A stretch of 64,000 bases of DNA from Candidatus Krumholzibacteriota bacterium. GTDB taxonomy: Bacteria; Krumholzibacteriota; Krumholzibacteriia; JAJRXK01. The stretch covers positions 529,538 to 593,537 of the forward strand of contig CAVSGG010000005.1 of the NCBI GenBank assembly GCA_963727455.1, written 5' to 3'. Within the stretch, counting starts at the first letter, position 1. Each line of letters opens with the position of its first letter. Positions 46,841 through 57,347 of this stretch are shown here, piece after piece. The notes below the pieces were generated by a model that was not told the origin of the DNA, searched no databases, and worked only from the letters and a program-made list of their open reading frames with translations. Position numbers and translations under genes: made by a program.

Positions 46841-46869
46841 CGTTCGACGCGCTTGCCGAAGGAGCGGTC

Positions 46870-48795
46870 ATGGCCGAGTCGACAGTCACCCTGAGTCTGC
46901 CCGATGGAAACGCGATCGAAGTGCCGCGCGGGAGCACGGTTCTGTCGGCCATCACGACGATTGGAGAAGGACTGGCTCGGGCCGCCGTCGCAGCAAAGGT
47001 CGATGGGGACTACCAGCCTCTCGACGAGCCCCTGGAACAGGACGCTCGACTCGAAGTGGTGACCAAGAGCTCCGAGGAAGCGCTCGACGTATTACGGCAC
47101 AGCACTGCTCACCTCATGGCCTACGCGATTCAGGAGCTGTTTCCCGAAGCCCAGTTCGCCTTCGGTCCACCGGTGGAAAACGGTTTCTACTACGACATCA
47201 AAGTGGACCAGCCCTTCTCCGAACAAGATCTGGAGAAGATCGAGAAGAGGATGCGGGAGCTGGCGAAGAAGAGCTTTCCTATCGTGCGGGAGAAAATCGA
47301 ACGCGCGGACGCTTTGAAACGTTTCGGTGACCAACCCTTCAAAGTGGAACAGATCGAGGAACTCGCAGGGCAGGAAATCTATGCCTACCACATGGGTGAG
47401 TTCACCGATCTGTGCGAGGGTCCCCACGTTCCCAATACCAAGAGCATCAAGGCCTTCAAACTCTTGAGCGTGGCGGGTGCGTATTGGCGAGGAGACGAGA
47501 ACCGAGAACAATTACAGCGAATCTACGGTACCTCGTGGTTTTCCAAGCAGGACCTCGATGCCTACTTGAAGCAACTCGAGGAAGCCAAGAAGCGCGACCA
47601 TCGCAAATTGGGCAAGGAACTGGACCTCTATTCCATCCAGGACGAGGCCGGCGGGGGATTGGCGTTCTACCACCCGAAGGGATCTGTCCTGCGCCATGTT
47701 CTCATGGACTTCTGGAAGCAGGAGCACCTCAAGCACGGCTACTTGATGGTGGATACGCCGCACATCAGCCGCGCCGATCTCTGGCGTACTTCGGGGCACA
47801 TGGACTTCTACAAGGAGAACATGTACCTCTTCGAGATAGAGAATCAGCAGTACGTGGTGAAGCCCATGAACTGCCCGGGTCACGTCCTGATCTACAAGCG
47901 TCGGCTCTGGAGTTATCGGGATCTACCGGTGCGCTACGCGGAGATGGGCACCGTCTATCGTTACGAACGCAGCGGTACTCTGCACGGGATGCTCAGGGTG
48001 CGGGGTTTCACCCAGGACGACGCCCACATTTTCTGCACACCGGAGCAGTTGGAGGAGGAGGTGTTGGGAGTCCTGCGTCTCACGCGACACATCCTGACCA
48101 CCTTCGGCTTCGAGGAATTCCACGTAGAGCTGAGCGTGCGCGATCCACAGAACAAGGGAAAGTACGCGGGCAGCGACGAGGAGTGGGAAAAGGCCGAACT
48201 CTCACTGGTGAAAGCCATCGAGGCCGAGGGCCTGAGCTACCGCCGCATGGAAGGCGAGGCGGTATTCTACGGCCCGAAGATCGACGTGAAGTTGGTGGAC
48301 GCCCTAGGGCGCAAGTGGCAGACCTCGACCTGCCAGTTCGATTTCAATCTCCCGCGCCGCTTCGGCGTCGAATACGTCGATAACCAGGGCGAACGGAAGA
48401 ACGTGTACATGGTCCACAGGGCCATCTTCGGCTCCCTCGAGCGTTTCATTGGAATGCTGACCGAGCAGTTCGCCGGGGAATTTCCCCTTTGGCTGGCCCC
48501 GTTGCAGGTGGCCATCTTGCCGGTGAACGAGGGGGTTCTGGACTACGCCAAGCAAGTCGACGCCAAGCTCAAGGCGGCCGGCATCCGCAGCCAGGTGGAT
48601 GCCCGGGATGAGAAGATCGGCCGCAAGATCCGCGATGCGGAGCTGGAGAAGCTGAAGTACATGGCGGTCATCGGCGAGCGCGAGCGTGAGGCCAATTCGG
48701 TCTCGCTGCGCCGTCATGGGGAGGGGGACCTGGGGGCGAGGGAGCTGGAGGCCTTCATTTCGGCCCTCCTTGACGAAATCGAGGCCAAGCGCTAG
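46870..48795 (+). CDS. thrS: Threonine--tRNA ligase
   Basis: TGS domain, RHSTAHL, DLCEGPHV, RDHRKLG, KPMNCPGH, FYGPKID, HRAIFGS. Confidence 0.98.
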   Translation: MAESTVTLSLPDGNAIEVPRGSTVLSAITTIGEGLARAAVAAKVDGDYQPLDEPLEQDARLEVVTKSSEEALDVLRHSTAHLMAYAIQELFPEAQFAFGPPVENGFYYDIKVDQPFSEQDLEKIEKRMRELAKKSFPIVREKIERADALKRFGDQPFKVEQIEELAGQEIYAYHMGEFTDLCEGPHVPNTKSIKAFKLLSVAGAYWRGDENREQLQRIYGTSWFSKQDLDAYLKQLEEAKKRDHRKLGKELDLYSIQDEAGGGLAFYHPKGSVLRHVLMDFWKQEHLKHGYLMVDTPHISRADLWRTSGHMDFYKENMYLFEIENQQYVVKPMNCPGHVLIYKRRLWSYRDLPVRYAEMGTVYRYERSGTLHGMLRVRGFTQDDAHIFCTPEQLEEEVLGVLRLTRHILTTFGFEEFHVELSVRDPQNKGKYAGSDEEWEKAELSLVKAIEAEGLSYRRMEGEAVFYGPKIDVKLVDALGRKWQTSTCQFDFNLPRRFGVEYVDNQGERKNVYMVHRAIFGSLERFIGMLTEQFAGEFPLWLAPLQVAILPVNEGVLDYAKQVDAKLKAAGIRSQVDARDEKIGRKIRDAELEKLKYMAVIGEREREANSVSLRRHGEGDLGARELEAFISALLDEIEAKR

Positions 48796-48849
48796 ATTGC
48801 TGCCAGTCTTCGAGGCTGGCTCCGACCGGCGCGAGGGCCAAAAAATCAA

Positions 48850-48962
48850 CAAGTAGAAGCGGTCTGCTTCTCACCCGGCGGAGGCCAAGCGAGCCACCGT
48901 CATCTGACCGGGTTCCCGAGGCACTCTGAGTGAGGGAGCAGACCATGTGGTTTGCTCCTTTT
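48850..48962 (+). promoter_or_regulatory. Ribosomal protein L20 leader (attenuator) upstream of infC-rpmI-rplT
   Basis: AAGTAGAAGC..GCTTCTCACC hallmark; terminator GGAGCAGACCA/TGGTTTGCTCC-TTTT; antiterminator pairing with GGTCTGCTTCTCA. Confidence 0.75.
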
Positions 48963-49001
48963 GTCATAAGAGGGGCCCAGTGAGACGAAGGAGGTCTCGA
49001 T

Positions 49002-49532
49002 ATCGCCAATTCGTCGTCGACTCCCCAAAATCGTGTCAATTATCAGATTCGCATTCCGCAGATTCGGGTAATCGACGAAGAGGGGGAGCAGCTCGGGATC
49101 ATGGAAACCAGGGATGCTCTGGAGCTGGCACAGGATCGAGGCTTGGACCTCGTGGAAGTTGCCCCGACCGCGCGTCCTCCCGTTTGCCGGATCATGGACT
49201 ACGGACGCTTCAAGTACGAAGAAAGTAAACGGCAGAAGCACGCCAAGTCCAAGCAGCAGCGCCAAAAGGTGAAGATGATCAAATTCCGTCCCAAGACGGA
49301 AGACCACGATTACAACTTCAAGAAGAAGCACATTCTGGAATTCTTGGCCGCGGGGGAGAGGGTGAAGGTCCTCGTGCAGTACCGCGGAAGGGAGATGGCG
49401 CACAAGGAACGAGGGATGATGGTGATCACGCGACTGCTTCAAGATTTGGACGAAGCGGCCTTGGTGGTCGACCCGCCGAAAATGGAAGGGAACACCCTCT
49501 CTTTGATGTTGATGCCACCGAGCAAGAAATAG
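49002..49532 (+). CDS. infC: Translation initiation factor IF-3 (non-canonical ATC start)
   Basis: AAGGAGGT RBS 6 nt before ATC; [37 protein letters not shown]. Confidence 0.93.
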   Translation: MANSSSTPQNRVNYQIRIPQIRVIDEEGEQLGIMETRDALELAQDRGLDLVEVAPTARPPVCRIMDYGRFKYEESKRQKHAKSKQQRQKVKMIKFRPKTEDHDYNFKKKHILEFLAAGERVKVLVQYRGREMAHKERGMMVITRLLQDLDEAALVVDPPKMEGNTLSLMLMPPSKK

Positions 49533-49596
49533 CCGTGGCGAGAGGCGCGAGGCACCGTGCGTTCGCGTGAGGATCTTTCAGACTCAGGAGGGCGAG

Positions 49597-49794
49597 ATGC
49601 CCAAGATGAAGAGTAACCGGGCTGCCGCGAAACGGTTTCGACGTACCGGGAGTGGCAAGATACGCCGGCAGAAGGCCTTCCATGGCCACATTTTCACGAA
49701 GAAGACGACCAAGAGAAAGCGCAATCTGCGCCAGTTGACGCTCGTGGCCTCGGTGGACGAAAGCCGGGTCAAGAAGATGCTGGCGGGCGGCTAG
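49597..49794 (+). CDS. rpmI: 50S ribosomal protein L35
   Basis: [21 protein letters not shown]. Confidence 0.97.
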   Translation: MPKMKSNRAAAKRFRRTGSGKIRRQKAFHGHIFTKKTTKRKRNLRQLTLVASVDESRVKKMLAGG

Positions 49795-49824
49795 GCCAAC
49801 GGAGTTCAAGAGGAAGGTTCGACC

Positions 49825-50178
49825 ATGTCACGAGCAACCAACAACCCCGCAAGTCGCGCCCGTCGCAAGAAGGTCCTGCAGAGGGCTCGCGGCTACTACG
49901 GCGGACGCAGCAAACTGAATCGCACGGCGCAGGAGACTGTCGACCGCGCCCTGGCCTACGCCTACCGCGATCGCCGCAACAAGAAGCGGGATTTTCGCCG
50001 TCTCTGGATCACCAGAATCAACGCGGCTGCGCGGATTCACGGACTCAATTACAGTCGTCTCATCTGTGGCCTCAAGGCGGCCAAGGTGGAAATCGACCGC
50101 AAAATTCTCGCGGATCTCGCGGTGAAAGATGAGCAGAGCTTTGCGAAGATCGCCGAGCTCGCAAAGGCCCATCTCTGA
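49825..50178 (+). CDS. rplT: 50S ribosomal protein L20
   Basis: [24 protein letters not shown]. Confidence 0.98.
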   Translation: MSRATNNPASRARRKKVLQRARGYYGGRSKLNRTAQETVDRALAYAYRDRRNKKRDFRRLWITRINAAARIHGLNYSRLICGLKAAKVEIDRKILADLAVKDEQSFAKIAELAKAHL

Positions 50179-50207
50179 TCGCCGCGGTATTGTGAGGAGA
50201 GACTCGC

Positions 50208-50243
50208 ACCGCCCCGGGCCCAGCTGGCTTCGGGGCGGTCTTT
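50208..50243 (+). terminator. GC-rich hairpin, possible terminator between rplT and pheS
   Basis: ACCGCCCCG..CGGGGCGGT followed by CTTT. Confidence 0.45.
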
Positions 50244-50259
50244 GATCCGGGAGGATGGA

Positions 50260-51255
50260 ATGCAGGAAAGAATCGAGCAGATTCTACACGAGGCTTCCGA
50301 GGCAATTCGCGAGGCGGAAGACGCCGCGAGTTTGGAAGAGGCCAGGATTCGCTACCTGGGCCGCAAGGGCTCGTTGACCTTGCTCCTTCGTGGATTGAAG
50401 GAAGTGCCGGCGGAAGAGCGCCCCCTAGTGGGACAAGCTTTGAATGCAGCGAAAGAGGAACTCACTCTCGCCTTGAGCAAGCGCCGCGAAGCGCTGGACT
50501 CCAAGCGAAGCGACTCGCTGGGAAACTTCGACCTGAGCCTGCCCGCGCGCAGACCCCACGCGGGAAGTCTCCACCTTCTTCAACAGACCATCGAACGCAT
50601 CTGCGACATCTTTCATGGCATGGGGTATTCCCGCGCGGACGGACCGGACGTGGAACTGGATGCCCTCAACTTCACTGCGCTGAACTTCCCCGACGACCAC
50701 CCGAGCCGGGATCTGCAAGATACCTTTTACGTGAACGACGAAGTCGTGTTGAGGACGCAAACCTCTCCTGTGCAGGTGCGCTACATGCGCGCGCACACGC
50801 CTCCGATCGCGATCCTCGCTCCGGGACGCGTCTACCGGCAGGAACAGCCCGACGCCAGCCACGCTGCCGAGTTCTACCAGATCGAGGGGCTCTTCGTGGA
50901 CCGGGCGGTCTCTATGGCAGATCTGAAGGCCACCGTGTACGCCTTTGTGAAGGCATTCCGCGAAGAAGAGAATCCCCGTCTGCGCTTCCGTCCCCACTTC
51001 TTTCCCTTCACCGAGCCCAGCGTGGAAGTCGATCTGTGGTGGGAGAGCGATGGTCGGGGACAGTGGCTAGAGATCATGGGCGCGGGTATGGTCCATCCGC
51101 ACGTATTTGCGAACTGCGGTTATTCGCCTGACGAATACACCGGCTTTGCCTTCGGAATGGGCATTGATCGTCTGGCCATGGTGAATGCGGAGATCCCCGA
51201 CATTCGTCTGCTGTACGAGAACGACATTCGCTTCCTTTCCCAATTTCCATCCTGA
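50260..51255 (+). CDS. pheS: Phenylalanine--tRNA ligase alpha subunit
   Basis: LGRKG, HPSRDLQDTFY, LRTQTS, FPFTEPS, GFAFGMGIDR. Confidence 0.98.
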   Translation: MQERIEQILHEASEAIREAEDAASLEEARIRYLGRKGSLTLLLRGLKEVPAEERPLVGQALNAAKEELTLALSKRREALDSKRSDSLGNFDLSLPARRPHAGSLHLLQQTIERICDIFHGMGYSRADGPDVELDALNFTALNFPDDHPSRDLQDTFYVNDEVVLRTQTSPVQVRYMRAHTPPIAILAPGRVYRQEQPDASHAAEFYQIEGLFVDRAVSMADLKATVYAFVKAFREEENPRLRFRPHFFPFTEPSVEVDLWWESDGRGQWLEIMGAGMVHPHVFANCGYSPDEYTGFAFGMGIDRLAMVNAEIPDIRLLYENDIRFLSQFPS

Positions 51256-51270
51256 GTCGAGGAGTCGATC

Positions 51271-53694
51271 GTGAAGCTCTCCATCGAGTGGTTGCGCGAA
51301 CTCGTGGATCTGCCACAGGACCTCGAGTCGATCTGTCAGGACCTCACCCTTTTGGGGCTGGAGGTCGAGCAGGTAGAAGAGGTCGGTCTGAGCTTTCCCG
51401 GGATCGTGGTAGGGCACGTCCTGCAGCAAGATCGCCATCCCAATGCAGACCGGCTGAGCGTTTGCGTGGTCAGTGACGGCAAGTCGGAGTACCCGGTGGT
51501 CTGCGGCGCTCCCAACGTGCGTCAGGGACTCAAGGTTGCTTTCGCTACCGTTGGCGCCACCCTGCCCGACGGCACCTCCATCAAGAAGAGCAAGATCCGA
51601 GGCGAGCTTTCTCTGGGGATGATCTGCAGCGAGCGCGAACTCGGACTGGGGGAGGGGCACAGCGGCATTCTGGAGCTGGACGGAGAGCACGAAGTCGGAA
51701 TTTCGGTGGACGAGATCTTCGGGTGGAAGGACACCTGCGTGGAGATCGAGGTGACGCCCAACCGTGCCGATTGGCTCAGCCATATCGGGGTAGCGAGGGA
51801 ACTGGCAGCGAAGTACGGCAAGGAGCTTCGCCTGCCGCAGGTGGACGAGAGCCTCGAGCTGGTCGATGAGGACGAGGGCTACCGCGTCCGTTGCGAGGAC
51901 GAGGAGGCCTGTCCGCGTTACACCGGACGCATCGTTCATGGTCTCACGATGGGCCAGACCCCCGATTGGATGAGACGAAGGCTCCTGGCGATCGGCCAGA
52001 GGCCGATCAACGCGGTGGTCGATTGCAGCAATTACCTCTTGCACGAATCAGGACAACCCAACCACGCCTTCGACCTCAAGAAGCTCGCAGGCAAGGAGCT
52101 TGTCGTGCGGCGCGCCAAGAAGGGCGAGACCTGCGTGACTCTGGATGACCAGAAACGCAGCTTGAAGCCCTCGCATCTGGTGATTGCGGACGAGAAAGGC
52201 CCCGCCGCATTGGCCGGCCTCATGGGTGGCAACCGCACCGAGGTTTCCGACGACACTACCGATCTTTTGCTGGAGGTCGCGAACTTCGATCCGAAGACCG
52301 TACGCGCCATGCGCCGGGATCTGGGGATGAATACGGATGCCTCGTACCGCTTCGAGCGCGGCTGCGACCAAGAGATGATCCCCTGGGTACAGTGCCGACT
52401 CGCACAGCTCCTCACGCAATGTTGTGGGGGCGCAGCCAGTCCGCGAGCGATGCAGGCCCTGGGCAAGTCCGCCGAAATTCCCGCTGCCTTTTTCGTGCGC
52501 TCGAAGCAAGTGCGGCGCGTCCTGGGGGTGGAGCTCCAGACCGGGCAGATCACGAAGATCCTGGAGCGCCTGCAGATCTCCGCCAAGACGGGCGAGGAGA
52601 AGGGGGAAAGTGGCGTGTGGGTGCAGGCGCCCAGCTTCCGACACGACCTTCTCGAAGAGGTCGACGCGATCGAGGAAATCGCGCGGCTCTACGGCTACGA
52701 CAACATCCCGGTCCGCGACCGAGCCCCCATGTTGCGTCCCGCGCGCCGGGAGAGGGCGGAGACCCTCCGACGTCATCTGCGCCAGCATCTTTCGGCCGTC
52801 GGGTTCCATGAAGTCGCGGGATCTTCCTTCATGGAATCGAAGGACCCCACACGTCTCCGACTTGCCGATGACGATTCACGCCGTAAGGCGGTGGAAGTGC
52901 TGAACCCGCTCGTGGCCGGCGAGGGTCTGATGAAGACGATCTCTTTACCGGAGATGCTGCGCTTCGTCGACCGCAATCGCCGGCGCGCATTCACCGGCCC
53001 GATCCGTTTTTTCCAGCTGGATCGTTGCTTCCTCGAAAGGCAGGACCAAGCACTGCCGCAGGAGCCGGAAGCGGTGGTCATGGTGTGGGCGGGTCCGGCG
53101 GAGACCGCGCATTTCTCTCGCGAGTCGCGTCCGGTGGATCCCTACGACGCGCGGGGAGAGCTCGAGCTCCTGCTCGAGAGTCTGGGAATTTCCCCGCGCT
53201 GCCTTCCGGGAGCCGAGGAGAACTTCTACGCACCCGGAAGCGGAATGAGAATCCTCGATCAAGAGCGGGAACTGGGGCGCATGGGCTTGATCCATCCCAA
53301 AGTACTTCGAGCCTACGATCTGGAAGGCTCTGTATTGCACGCCAGCCTCTCGCTCGAAGCCCTCCAAGAGGCTCTGCCGGAGGGGAAGAGCTACAATCCG
53401 GTGCCGGTCTATCCGCCGGTGCGGCGAGATTTGAGTCTGCTTGTGCCCGAAGGAGTACCCTATGGCGCCATCGCCGAGCTTCTCCGGAGCGAGGGGGGCG
53501 AGATTCTCGAGACGCTGGACGTGTTCGACCTCTACGAGGGCGAGGGAATCGGTTCGGCCGAGCGAGCTCTGGGGGTTCGCTTGGTTTTGCGCAGCCTCAA
53601 AGAGACCCTCAAGGACAAGCGGGTCGACAATCTTCTAGGCAAGATGCTGAAAAGATTGGAGTTGGAACTCAAGGTCAAATTGCGGGCGGAATGA
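51271..53694 (+). CDS. pheT: Phenylalanine--tRNA ligase beta subunit
   Basis: HPNADRL, VCGAPN, TPNRAD, ASYRFERG, IEEIARLYGY, RRDLS. Confidence 0.98.
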   Translation: MKLSIEWLRELVDLPQDLESICQDLTLLGLEVEQVEEVGLSFPGIVVGHVLQQDRHPNADRLSVCVVSDGKSEYPVVCGAPNVRQGLKVAFATVGATLPDGTSIKKSKIRGELSLGMICSERELGLGEGHSGILELDGEHEVGISVDEIFGWKDTCVEIEVTPNRADWLSHIGVARELAAKYGKELRLPQVDESLELVDEDEGYRVRCEDEEACPRYTGRIVHGLTMGQTPDWMRRRLLAIGQRPINAVVDCSNYLLHESGQPNHAFDLKKLAGKELVVRRAKKGETCVTLDDQKRSLKPSHLVIADEKGPAALAGLMGGNRTEVSDDTTDLLLEVANFDPKTVRAMRRDLGMNTDASYRFERGCDQEMIPWVQCRLAQLLTQCCGGAASPRAMQALGKSAEIPAAFFVRSKQVRRVLGVELQTGQITKILERLQISAKTGEEKGESGVWVQAPSFRHDLLEEVDAIEEIARLYGYDNIPVRDRAPMLRPARRERAETLRRHLRQHLSAVGFHEVAGSSFMESKDPTRLRLADDDSRRKAVEVLNPLVAGEGLMKTISLPEMLRFVDRNRRRAFTGPIRFFQLDRCFLERQDQALPQEPEAVVMVWAGPAETAHFSRESRPVDPYDARGELELLLESLGISPRCLPGAEENFYAPGSGMRILDQERELGRMGLIHPKVLRAYDLEGSVLHASLSLEALQEALPEGKSYNPVPVYPPVRRDLSLLVPEGVPYGAIAELLRSEGGEILETLDVFDLYEGEGIGSAERALGVRLVLRSLKETLKDKRVDNLLGKMLKRLELELKVKLRAE

Positions 53695-53811
53695 GCGCGC
53701 TTGCCGTGGGACCGGCCGCCGGATTAAGCTAGAAGGACTCGTAGGCAAGAGGATCGCAGCCGGCGGTGGGCGCGGCGAAAGAAGCTTTAGCCCTCAGAGG
53801 GGGAGGCAGTG

Positions 53812-54096
53812 ATGGAACCTGGTGTGACCACGGTCACGATTTTTGGCCAGGAATACAGCATTCGCGGCGGAGACGACGCGACCTATGTGCGCGAAATCGC
53901 CAAGTACGTGGACGAGCGCATGAACGAGGTTGCTTCCTCGACGAGCCAAATCACCTCGCTGCGGGTGGCAATCCTCGCCTCCTTGAATATCGCCGACGAG
54001 CTCTTCCAGGAACGGGAAGGTCGCCAGCGCACCCACAAAGAGCTGCGCAAACGCGCACAAAAGCTGCTGAAACGCCTGGAGAAGATCCCCGGCTGA
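53812..54096 (+). CDS. zapA: Cell division protein ZapA
   Basis: VTIFGQEYSI, A.YVDERM, AILASLNIADELF. Confidence 0.93.
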   Translation: MEPGVTTVTIFGQEYSIRGGDDATYVREIAKYVDERMNEVASSTSQITSLRVAILASLNIADELFQEREGRQRTHKELRKRAQKLLKRLEKIPG

Positions 54097-54112
54097 AGCT
54101 TTCTCTGACGAT

Positions 54113-54299
54113 TGGAGTATCCCTGCGGTGTTTGTGATGCACCGACGTTTTTGAGCCAACAAGTAGACCACGGAGTCCCGCAGTTCATGATCTCGAGGCC
54201 AAGTCTTGCGAAAGGAAAGGCCGAGGCTTGTGGCAGGGATTCCACTTGAACCGAATGGTTCAAAGGGTCCCGTGCACACGGCCTTGCGGGCCTACTCCA
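54113..54299 (+). ncRNA. ssrS: 6S RNA
   Basis: Classic position after zapA; closing stem TGGAGTA/TACTCCA, 5' CCCTGCGGTGTT, GGAGTCCC/GGGATTCC and TTGAACC..GGTTCAA elements. Confidence 0.85.
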
Positions 54300-54321
54300 T
54301 TCTCCCTTCGAGAGTGACTCC

Positions 54322-55116
54322 ATGCGCATCTTTTTCATCGGAGACATCGTGGGACGTCCCGGCCGGAAGGCTCTGCGACGTCTCTTGCCGGGGGTCAAGA
54401 ATTCCTATGCCCCTCAACTCGTCGTGGCGAACGTCGAGAACGCCGCCTCAGGATTCGGCCTGAACGAAAAAGTCGGACACGAGATTCTCGAGTCCGGGGT
54501 CGACGTCATGACCGGCGGTAACCACCTCTGGGATCGCAAGGGAAGCGAGGCCTACCTCGAAGCGGAGGAACGCCTGGTGCGCCCGGCGAATTATCCCGAG
54601 GGAACTCCCGGACGCCGTTATCGAGTCATCGATCTCGCGGGTACCCGAGTCGCAGTATTGAATTTGCAGGGCAGAGTGTTCATGCCACCCCTGGACTGTC
54701 CGTTCAAGGCCCTCGATGCTCTTCTTGAAGAGCTGAAACCTTCGGCGGATATATTTCTGCTCGACTTCCACGGAGAGGCCACGAGCGAGAAGAAGGCGAT
54801 GGCACTCTATGCCGACGGCCGCGTCTCCGCAGTGGTCGGCACTCATACCCACGTGCCAACCGCCGACGAGTGCATCCTCCCCGAAGGAACGGCCTTCGTA
54901 TCCGATCTCGGGATGACCGGCCCATACGACTCCGTCATCGGAATGGACCGCGAAAACGTTCTCGCCAAATTCGTGACCGGTCTCCCGCACCGCTTCGAAG
55001 TCGCCAGCGGAGACGCCCGTCTCAGTGGTCTCATCGTCGATCTGGACGAGGACAGCGGGAAGGCTCGCTTTGTACAGAGAGTCCACGAACGTCTTGCCGA
55101 TGTGGAGGAAGCATGA
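54322..55116 (+). CDS. TIGR00282/YmdB metallophosphoesterase
   Basis: MRIFFIGDIVG, NVENAA, GNHLWD, DFHGEATSEK, GTHTHV, DLGMTGP. Confidence 0.95.
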   Translation: MRIFFIGDIVGRPGRKALRRLLPGVKNSYAPQLVVANVENAASGFGLNEKVGHEILESGVDVMTGGNHLWDRKGSEAYLEAEERLVRPANYPEGTPGRRYRVIDLAGTRVAVLNLQGRVFMPPLDCPFKALDALLEELKPSADIFLLDFHGEATSEKKAMALYADGRVSAVVGTHTHVPTADECILPEGTAFVSDLGMTGPYDSVIGMDRENVLAKFVTGLPHRFEVASGDARLSGLIVDLDEDSGKARFVQRVHERLADVEEA

Positions 55117-56000
55117 GCGCCGGCATTCTGGACGGTAAGGCACTGGCCCGGAAGATTCGCGATCAGCTTGCCCAAGAAGTGGCGCGCAGGGTCCAACAGG
55201 GAGTGAGAGCTCCGGGACTCAAAGTGATTCTCGTCGGAGACGATCCGGCCAGCACGATCTATGTGCGCAACAAGGAAAAGGCTGCGGCGAAAATGGGAAT
55301 CGTGGGGGGGGTCGAACGCTTGCCGGCAAGCACCAGTTCCGAGCAGCTCCGCGCGGTGGTGCAGAGAGTCAACGCCGACGACGGAGTCGACGGTCTACTC
55401 GTTCAGCTTCCCCTGCCCGCCGCGATCGATCCGGCGCAGGTGCGATCCTGGATCGATCCCCAAAAGGACGTGGACGGACTGCATCCGGAAAACGTGGGCC
55501 TTTTGGCCAGCGGCCAGCCGCGTTTCATACCCTGCACTCCCGCGGGATGCCTGGCTCTACTGAAAGAACACGGAATCGAGATCGCGGGGAAGCGCGCGCT
55601 GGTCATCGGCCGCTCATTGATCGTGGGCCGTCCCATGGCCGCGCTTCTGTCGCAGAAGGGCGTGGATGCCACCGTCACGATCTACCATTCCAGAAGTCGG
55701 GATCTGGCCGAGCTGGCCAGGCAGGCCGACATCATCGTCGCGGCGGCGGGAACTCCGGGATTGCTGCGAGCCGAGTACGTGAAGAAGGGAGCGGCCGTTC
55801 TCGACGTCGGCATGCACCGTGTGCCCGACGACACCGCGCCCAAGGGAACACGGCTGGTGGGCGACGTGGATGCCGGAGTGGCCGAGGTTGCCTCGTGGCT
55901 CTCTCCGGTGCCCGGGGGCGTGGGCCCCATGACCATCGCCATGCTGCTCTCCAACACGGTGCTCTCCCACGGTCAAAGGACGGGGACTTCGAGCCAATGA
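55113..56000 (+). CDS. folD: Methylenetetrahydrofolate dehydrogenase/cyclohydrolase
   Basis: LDGKALA, YVRNK, KDVDGLHP, PCTP, PVPGGVGPMT. Confidence 0.97.
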   Translation: MSAGILDGKALARKIRDQLAQEVARRVQQGVRAPGLKVILVGDDPASTIYVRNKEKAAAKMGIVGGVERLPASTSSEQLRAVVQRVNADDGVDGLLVQLPLPAAIDPAQVRSWIDPQKDVDGLHPENVGLLASGQPRFIPCTPAGCLALLKEHGIEIAGKRALVIGRSLIVGRPMAALLSQKGVDATVTIYHSRSRDLAELARQADIIVAAAGTPGLLRAEYVKKGAAVLDVGMHRVPDDTAPKGTRLVGDVDAGVAEVASWLSPVPGGVGPMTIAMLLSNTVLSHGQRTGTSSQ

Positions 56001-56887
56001 CGGATGTGACACCGCAAGTCAAAGTGGACCACGACGCGGAAGAGCTCGCGCGGCGCGCAGCGCAAGCTCTGCTTGCGCGGAGCGGGGCGGCCCCCCGTCT
56101 GCTGGAGGCAATGGAGTACAGCCTCATGGGCGGAGGGAAGCGCCTGCGTCCTCTCCTGGCGCTGTGGGTTCACGATGCGGCCGGCCGTTCGGCCCAACGT
56201 ACGCCAGCGGTTTGGAATGCGGCGATCGCTTTGGAAATGATGCACACCTACAGCTTGATCCACGACGACCTTCCCGCGATGGATGACGATGATCTTCGGC
56301 GCGGCCAGCTCTCCTGTCATCGCAGCTTCGACGAAGCTACGGCCATTCTCGCCGGTGACGCGCTGCAGACGCTCGCTTTCGAAATCTTGGCGGAGATCGC
56401 GCCAGCCACCCTCGCGGCCGCCTGCGTGCTGCGCTTGGCGCGCAGCGCGGGAATTCAGGGAATGGCCAGTGGCCAGGAATGGGACCTCATGGCAGCCGCG
56501 CAGTCGGGGCAACCCGAGGTGGAGACGATTCACCGCCTCAAGACGGGCGCGTTGATCGGCGCGAGTTTCGCCCTGGGGGCCCTTTGCGCCGAGGCGGATC
56601 CGGCGGTGGTGGATGGAGCCGAAGAGGCCGGAGTGCGGCTGGGAATCGCGTTTCAGATCGTCGATGACATCCTGGACGAAACCGCCACTGCGCAGGAGTT
56701 GGGCAAGAGCCCGGGCAAGGACCAGAAGCAGGGGAAGCTGACCATCCTCCGAGCGCACGGCAAGGAAAAGAGCGAAGAACTGGCGCGCGAGTATCTGGTG
56801 CGGTCCAAGTCCCAGCTGCAGGAGCTGTCCCTGTGGTCGCCCGAGCTGAGCTGGCTCTGCGACTCTCTGGTGCATCGTGGTCGCTGA
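55997..56887 (+). CDS. ispA: Farnesyl diphosphate synthase
   Basis: GGKRLRP, HTYSLIHDDLPAMD, AILAGD, FQIVDDILD; upstream of dxs. Confidence 0.9.
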   Translation: MTDVTPQVKVDHDAEELARRAAQALLARSGAAPRLLEAMEYSLMGGGKRLRPLLALWVHDAAGRSAQRTPAVWNAAIALEMMHTYSLIHDDLPAMDDDDLRRGQLSCHRSFDEATAILAGDALQTLAFEILAEIAPATLAAACVLRLARSAGIQGMASGQEWDLMAAAQSGQPEVETIHRLKTGALIGASFALGALCAEADPAVVDGAEEAGVRLGIAFQIVDDILDETATAQELGKSPGKDQKQGKLTILRAHGKEKSEELAREYLVRSKSQLQELSLWSPELSWLCDSLVHRGR

Positions 56888-57347
56888 GGGAAACATTCCC
56901 GGCGCGAGCTTCCCCCCCTGGGCGTTCGTGATCGTGGCCGCGCTGGCGGTCCAGATCCTGAAGTTCGGTCTATACTGGCTGCTTCAGCGACGGAAAAACC
57001 TGCGAATTCTGGTCTCCTCCAACGGCTTCCCCAGCTTGCACGCAGTGGTGTTCGCCTGCCTGGCGACCCTGATCTGGCATGCGCGCGGAAGCCAGGACCC
57101 GGCCTATAATGCCGTTCTGGTCTATGGAGCTATCATTCTTCATGATGCGATGAGGGTGAAGGGCCGGGTGGAAGAGGGGAGAACCCTTGCCTTTGTCGTC
57201 GCGCAGCGGCTGCAGGGGCGACTGGCCCGCCCGTCTTCCTTCGGGGAACTCCTTCTGGGAAGCTCTTACAATCACCGGCCCGCCCATGTTCTGGCGGGTA
57301 TCGCCATGGGAATTCTCCTGGGGTTGGGCTACCGCTATTTGCCCTGA
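56877..57347 (+). CDS. Divergent PAP2 family (DUF212) membrane protein
   Basis: QILK, GFPSLHA, HDAMRV, HRPAHVLAG; usual ispA neighbour. Confidence 0.75.
   Translation: MVAEGNIPGASFPPWAFVIVAALAVQILKFGLYWLLQRRKNLRILVSSNGFPSLHAVVFACLATLIWHARGSQDPAYNAVLVYGAIILHDAMRVKGRVEEGRTLAFVVAQRLQGRLARPSSFGELLLGSSYNHRPAHVLAGIAMGILLGLGYRYLP

Noticed and set aside
42418-48852. Long alternative-frame and antisense ORFs over dnaK, the sigma factor and thrS (also over pheT and dxs)
   Set aside because: Expected from high GC and codon bias opposite conserved genes; no recognisable domains or RBS.
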